From: Gemmatimonadota bacterium
GTDB lineage: Bacteria > Gemmatimonadota > Gemmatimonadetes > Gemmatimonadales > GWC2-71-9
Direction: 5' to 3'
Assembly (NCBI GenBank): GCA_029862925.1
Contig: JAOTWJ010000002.1
Location: 6,025-70,024, forward strand
Length of the DNA: 64,000 bases
The notes beneath the pieces were generated by a model. That model was not told where the DNA came from. It worked only from the letters and a program-made list of their open reading frames with translations, and did no database searches. This document shows, in pieces, positions 57,950 through 64,000 of this stretch. The translations under genes and the position numbers were made by a program. Position 1 is the stretch's first letter; each line of letters opens with the position of its first letter.

Positions 57950-58138
57950 GATGGCCCTGTCCTCCCAAACCCGGAGCGAATGGCGGCGCGTGTGCGGCTG
58001 TCCTGAAAGCTACCTACGGCGGAGTCGTCGCGGCGGCCACGGTGACGCGCGACGCGGGGGAACAAGCTAGACACGGAAGGGAGGCCACGCAAGACGGCCC
58101 GAAAGGCCACAACGCGTCGGTCCTCCCGCGCTTCAACA

Positions 58139-58647
58139 TCACAAACCTGTGGACGACGACAGATGCCGCGGCACCGCGCCGGCCCGATGGCGACGCGCCT
58201 CGCGCACATAATGCTCCCACGTGCTGCGAAGCCGCGACCGCAGGACGTCGTCGACCGATCGGACGACACGCCCCGGCACCCCCAACACCAGCGAATCGGC
58301 GGGCACGTCGAGCCCCTCGGGGAGCACCGCACCGGCGCCGATCACGGAGCCCCGACCGATCCGGACGCCGTTGAGCAGGATGGCGCCCATCCCGACGAGC
58401 ACCTCGTCTTCCACCGTGCACCCGTGCAGAATGGCCCGATGCCCCACCCCGACCCGCCGCCCGATCGTGCAGGGGACGCCGGCGTCCACATGCACCATCG
58501 TGAGATCCTGCACGTTGGTCTCCTCCCCGACGACGATGGGCGCCATGTCGCCGCGGACCACGCAGTGGTACCAGATGCTCGCGTCGCGACCGAGCGTCAC
58601 ATCGCCGAGCACGACCGCACCCGGAGCGATGAATGCGCTCGGATGGA

Positions 58648-58651
<4 letters not shown>
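58139..58651 (-). CDS. gamma-carbonic-anhydrase-like hexapeptide-repeat protein
   Basis: The left-handed beta-helix repeats are VLGDVTLGRDASIW, VVRGD, HVDAG and HRAILHGCTVEDEVLVGMGAILL. The GTG at 58651 forms a GTGA overlap with the kinase stop. The track start at 58690 is an alternative. Confidence 0.8.
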
Positions 58652-60606
<1,955 letters not shown>

Positions 60607-60660
60607 GCCGGCTCTCCCAGAGGCGTCAAGGTGGGAATGTCTCGAATATACCGCAAGCGA

Positions 60661-62886
60661 TCAGCGGGGAAGGACACGCAGTCGCACGTCCCGAGTGTGA
60701 CGCACGTCACGGGACGGATCCTCGACCGTCAGTCGCAGGGTGTATTCGCCCGGCGCGAGCGGCGCGAGATTCACGGTCTGCCGGGCGCGCAGCGGCGCGT
60801 CCGTCACGATCCCGTCGAAGGCAAACGCCACCGGCGGCCTGCCGCCGCCGAACAGGCGACCGATTTTGGCGAAGATGGACCCTCCCCGCCGTCCCCCCAC
60901 CTCGATCCGGACGCGATACGGCGAGCCGACGGGCAGCCCGTGCACCTCGTAGTAGAGCTCCGCGGTGCCCCCCTGCGGATATGCCCCCAGCGGGCTCAGC
61001 GGCACGCTGTCGCCCGCCGCACGCCAGAGGAGACCGGCGTCGCGCTCTCCAAGCACGAGATCGGACAACACCAGGCCGCCCGCATCGAACCGCGGCACGT
61101 CGAGCTCGGTGATGTCGATGACGTCCCCGGCTCCGGTCTCGGGCTCCAGCACCACGGCGCGCAGCTCGTGCATCCCGGGCTCGATCGGGACCTCGAGATA
61201 CCCGCTCAAGTACTGGCCGGGCTCGAGCGGCGTGGCGGACCGGAACACGCGGGTCGTATCCAGCAGCAGCGCGCTTCTCTCCGGCCCCACTCGCACGAGG
61301 CGCACTTCCAGCGGGTACATCGTCGTGCCGCCCCGCGGGTGGCCGCTCAGCCGATTCCCGGGCACCGCAAACACGAACAGCAGGCGCGCCCCGGAATCCG
61401 CCCCACCGACGGCGTAGGCCTGCAGGCGGGACTGCAGCGGCCGATCGAACCACAGCCGGTAGCTGTCGGTCGTCGTCCCGAACTTGATGACGTCGCGTCC
61501 CCGGCGCCGCTCCGCGGCGAGCCCGGTTCCCTGCCCCGTGCCGCTCTGCGCCAGCCGCCCGTAGGCGGCATCCAGGTGGGCTCGGCTCTCGAGCAGCGCG
61601 CTCGCCTGCGGCGGCAGCCGTCCCGCCGCCTGCCACTGGATCGCGGCACCCGTGCCGAAGACATCGAGGAGGCTCTCGACCAGCTTGTAGTCCTGCACGT
61701 CGCCGCGGGCGACGAAGTGGAAGATCAGATCGCCCAGCGGCCGCCGGTACACCCAGGACTCGTTCGGCTCGATCTCGAGTGCCACGTGCCGTGCACGCTC
61801 GTCGGGCTCGCCGTGCCGGATGTAGATCACGCCCCGGTCGTCCACGACATCCTGGGTGCTCCGGAACGGCTCGGTTCCGTACTGCCGGTGCGGACTGGTC
61901 AGGCGGAACTGGCGCACCGCGTAAAACAGCCGCCGGTAGTGTTCGGCCAGCCGCTCCCCACTGGCGCGACCGTCGAGGGCATCGCGCGCGGTCCAGAACT
62001 CCGCGAGCCAGGCCGACAGGCGCTCGGCCGGGGCGGCGTCGAATCGCGCCAGGTCCGCGTCGGTGGCAATCCACTGGAGATCCGCCCGATACTCCGCCCG
62101 CGGACGGCCGCGGCCCAGGTTCTCCGCCCCAGCGTAGTAGGCTTCGCGGCCCTCCACGGGCCGCCGCACGTAGAAGAGCGTGCGCGCCTGTTCCAGCAGC
62201 CCGAGCGCCCGGTCGCCGCCGACCGCGAGGTAGGCCGCGAACGCCGCCAGCGCCGAGTCGCCTTCGCCCATCTCGCGCTCGATCCGTCCGCGCGCGAGCT
62301 GGAGCGCCGGGAGCCGGCCGGCGTCCGTCGCGGCCGCCGCCCGCAGAGCCCGCTGCGCCACCTCGAGGCGGGGGCGCACGCGCTGCCGGCGCGCGGCATC
62401 GGCGAGGTCAATCACCGCCCGGGCAAACCCGGGATCGGCTTCCGCCGCGCGCGCGAACGCGCGCGCGGCCTTGGAGAGGTAGTCCTTCCCGAGGGCCTGC
62501 CGGAGATTCTCCACCACCATGACGGAGCTCTCTCCCAACGCGAGCTCCGACAACCCCAGCCCGTACCATGCGTACGGCCAGTCCGGCTCCAACTCGGCCG
62601 CCCATTCGAACTCCCCGGCCGCATCGTCGTAGTGCTGCCGGACGCCCGTGATCTCGCCCAGGCGGTACGCGAGGAAGCCCAGCCAGAGATGGACGAGCGC
62701 GTTCTCCCGGTCCTGGCGCGCCAGTGCGATGCCGGCGTGCTCCCGCGCGAGGAGCGCGGTCGAGTCGGCGCTGGCCGCCAGCTCTGCCCGCAGCGCTTCG
62801 AGCTCCGCGCGCAACTCGGGGCTCTGCGCCCGAGCCGCGCCCGCCGCTCCGAGCACCAGGCCCATCACCGTCAGCGTGCGCCGCAT
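60661..62886 (-). CDS. secreted TPR + GWxTD-like domain protein (741 aa)
   Basis: The ATG at 62886 gives the signal peptide LTVMGLVLGAAGAARAQ. The N-terminal third is TPR-like helices. The central DDRGVIYIRHGEPDE..ESWVY resembles the GWxTD-domain core. The family call is tentative. Confidence 0.6.
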   Translation of the reverse strand: MRRTLTVMGLVLGAAGAARAQSPELRAELEALRAELAASADSTALLAREHAGIALARQDRENALVHLWLGFLAYRLGEITGVRQHYDDAAGEFEWAAELEPDWPYAWYGLGLSELALGESSVMVVENLRQALGKDYLSKAARAFARAAEADPGFARAVIDLADAARRQRVRPRLEVAQRALRAAAATDAGRLPALQLARGRIEREMGEGDSALAAFAAYLAVGGDRALGLLEQARTLFYVRRPVEGREAYYAGAENLGRGRPRAEYRADLQWIATDADLARFDAAPAERLSAWLAEFWTARDALDGRASGERLAEHYRRLFYAVRQFRLTSPHRQYGTEPFRSTQDVVDDRGVIYIRHGEPDERARHVALEIEPNESWVYRRPLGDLIFHFVARGDVQDYKLVESLLDVFGTGAAIQWQAAGRLPPQASALLESRAHLDAAYGRLAQSGTGQGTGLAAERRRGRDVIKFGTTTDSYRLWFDRPLQSRLQAYAVGGADSGARLLFVFAVPGNRLSGHPRGGTTMYPLEVRLVRVGPERSALLLDTTRVFRSATPLEPGQYLSGYLEVPIEPGMHELRAVVLEPETGAGDVIDITELDVPRFDAGGLVLSDLVLGERDAGLLWRAAGDSVPLSPLGAYPQGGTAELYYEVHGLPVGSPYRVRIEVGGRRGGSIFAKIGRLFGGGRPPVAFAFDGIVTDAPLRARQTVNLAPLAPGEYTLRLTVEDPSRDVRHTRDVRLRVLPR

Positions 62887-62941
62887 CCCTGATGCTACCC
62901 GGCGTCGGCACTGGCGTTCGCGTCGTGCGGGCGGCCGCCCT

Positions 62942-64000
62942 TCACCGGGCGTCCGCACGCTCGGCCAGGAACGCCGCCGTGCCCTCGACGAGCCCGCGGG
63001 CGTAGCGGCGGCGGCCGTCGGGATCCCGCAGCAGCGCTTCCTGTTCGGGAATCATCATGAAGAGCCCTTCCGTGAGCACGGCCGGCATCCACGTCGGGCG
63101 CGCCAGGGCCAGATCGCCGCGTCCCATCCCGAGATCTCGCACGCCAAGTGCGCCGACGAGGGCCCGGTTCACGTGTCGCGCCAGACTCGCGCTGCGCGGG
63201 TGGAAGTAGTACACGCTGGTGCCGTGGTTCACGAACGGATTGACCCCGTCCGGCAGCGCATTCGCGTGGATGGACAGCAGCACGTCCGCGTCCGCAGCCT
63301 CGGCGGCCGTCACCCGCTCGACGAGTCCGAGCGGGGCGCCATCCGTCCGCAGCAGCACGACGCGCGCGCCCGCCGCGGCGAACAGGCGTTCGGCCTCCCG
63401 CGCGACCGCCAGCACCGCATCGCCTTCGTACAAACCCGTCGGTCCGGTGGCTCCACCCGGCGGATGCCCGGGATCCAGCGCGATGACGCGGCCGCGCAGC
63501 GGGTGGCGCCGGTCGATCGCCGGTGGGCGGCGGATCTCGAGCAACAGGTCGTGGCCCGACCACCACGTCCGGTACCCCCAGACCGGCTCGGCGAGCTCGA
63601 CGACGATCTCCGTCTCGTCCTCCGCCGGGACCGCAAACCGGATCAGCGTCACGAGCGGATCCGTGCCGCCGTATTGAATCCAGTCGGCATTGGCCGCGAC
63701 CCCGTAGAGCGTGAGTCGGACTCGGGCTGCGTCTTCATCGACCCGAAACGGCACCATGCCCGGCAGGGGAATCCGGAGCACGACGGATGCGGGCCCGGGA
63801 ACCAGCCGCAGCGCCTGGGTCGCCCCACCGGGCGGCGGCGTTCCCGGTGGCAGCGGCTGCACGTCGCGCGCATCGACCCACGCCGCCGCGCGCTGCGAGA
63901 GCTGCAGCCGCACCTGGTCGTTGCGCCGTCCGCTCACGACCGCACGCGTGCCGTTAGGGAAGAACCAGTGGTAGGTGGCGTGCGGCGCGGGTCGGCCGGC
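62942..64000 (-). CDS. N-acetylmuramoyl-L-alanine amidase (Amidase_3), 5' partial
   Basis: VIALDPGHPPGGATGP, DVLLSIHANA and PAVLTEGLFMMIPEQE are present. My translation upstream of the track's GTG 63937 stays open to the window edge (AGRPAPHATYHWFFPNGTRAVV..). Confidence 0.85.
   Translation of the reverse strand, partial: AGRPAPHATYHWFFPNGTRAVVSGRRNDQVRLQLSQRAAAWVDARDVQPLPPGTPPPGGATQALRLVPGPASVVLRIPLPGMVPFRVDEDAARVRLTLYGVAANADWIQYGGTDPLVTLIRFAVPAEDETEIVVELAEPVWGYRTWWSGHDLLLEIRRPPAIDRRHPLRGRVIALDPGHPPGGATGPTGLYEGDAVLAVAREAERLFAAAGARVVLLRTDGAPLGLVERVTAAEAADADVLLSIHANALPDGVNPFVNHGTSVYYFHPRSASLARHVNRALVGALGVRDLGMGRGDLALARPTWMPAVLTEGLFMMIPEQEALLRDPDGRRRYARGLVEGTAAFLAERADAR

Noticed and set aside
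55055-58006. A 983-aa ORF on the plus strand, longer than the nrdJ gene it overlaps.
   Set aside because: It is antisense to an unmistakable class II RNR. Its product is R/G/P/A/H-rich with no motifs. Such shadow ORFs are expected at this GC content because stop codons are rare.
57950-58138. The 189-nt GC-rich leader upstream of nrdJ, inspected for NrdR boxes (acaCwAtATaTwGtgt) and for a riboswitch.
   Set aside because: I found no convincing NrdR-box palindrome and no riboswitch core. There are only short GGCC-type hairpins. I cannot support a regulatory call by eye.

Overview
The window is very GC-rich (visibly about 70%, with strong GC3 bias) and densely coding. Judging by its protein families, it is probably a chromosomal segment from a Gemmatimonadota- or Acidobacteriota-like bacterium: Ser/Thr kinases and hydrolases fused to TolB-like propellers, BTAD-TPR regulators, a GWxTD-like protein, and mglBA. 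That taxonomic call is an inference. I call 54 CDS, one frameshifted dps pseudogene, one SRP RNA, and a few hairpins and repeats.

- **Positions 1-32.4 kb:** mixed gene orientation, rich in exported or orphan proteins.
  - A kinase/PP2C pair.
  - A truncated cytochrome c/PQQ gene.
  - An orphan secreted protein next to a membrane-tethered SARP-type regulator.
  - A DEGS-like desaturase, then iscS-mnmA.
  - An S1 protease with a standalone copy of its own N-terminal domain.
  - CHRD-like and other lipoproteins.
- **Positions 32.5-64 kb:** about 30 genes, all on the minus strand. In minus-strand order the recognisable ones are nrdJ, ispG, pyk, two tandem K+ uptake systems, ffs-dnaX-ybaB-recR, mglB-mglA, pgsA, cinA and grpE-dnaJ.

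I found no CRISPR array, tRNA, rRNA, transposase, integrase or defence-island hallmark, and no convincing self-contained novel system. The best leads are:
- the protease / pro-domain-like lipoprotein pair;
- the broken dps with a translationally coupled lipoprotein;
- an MglA with a roughly 30-residue insertion;
- the orphan-plus-regulator module beside a gene scar;
- an orphan lipoprotein pair behind a repeated 11-mer.

All family calls rest on motifs read by eye, with no database search. Start codons were chosen from RBS, signal-peptide and stop/start-overlap logic and may be off. The many long R/P/G/A-rich ORFs antisense or off-frame to recognisable genes are treated as GC-driven shadow ORFs.
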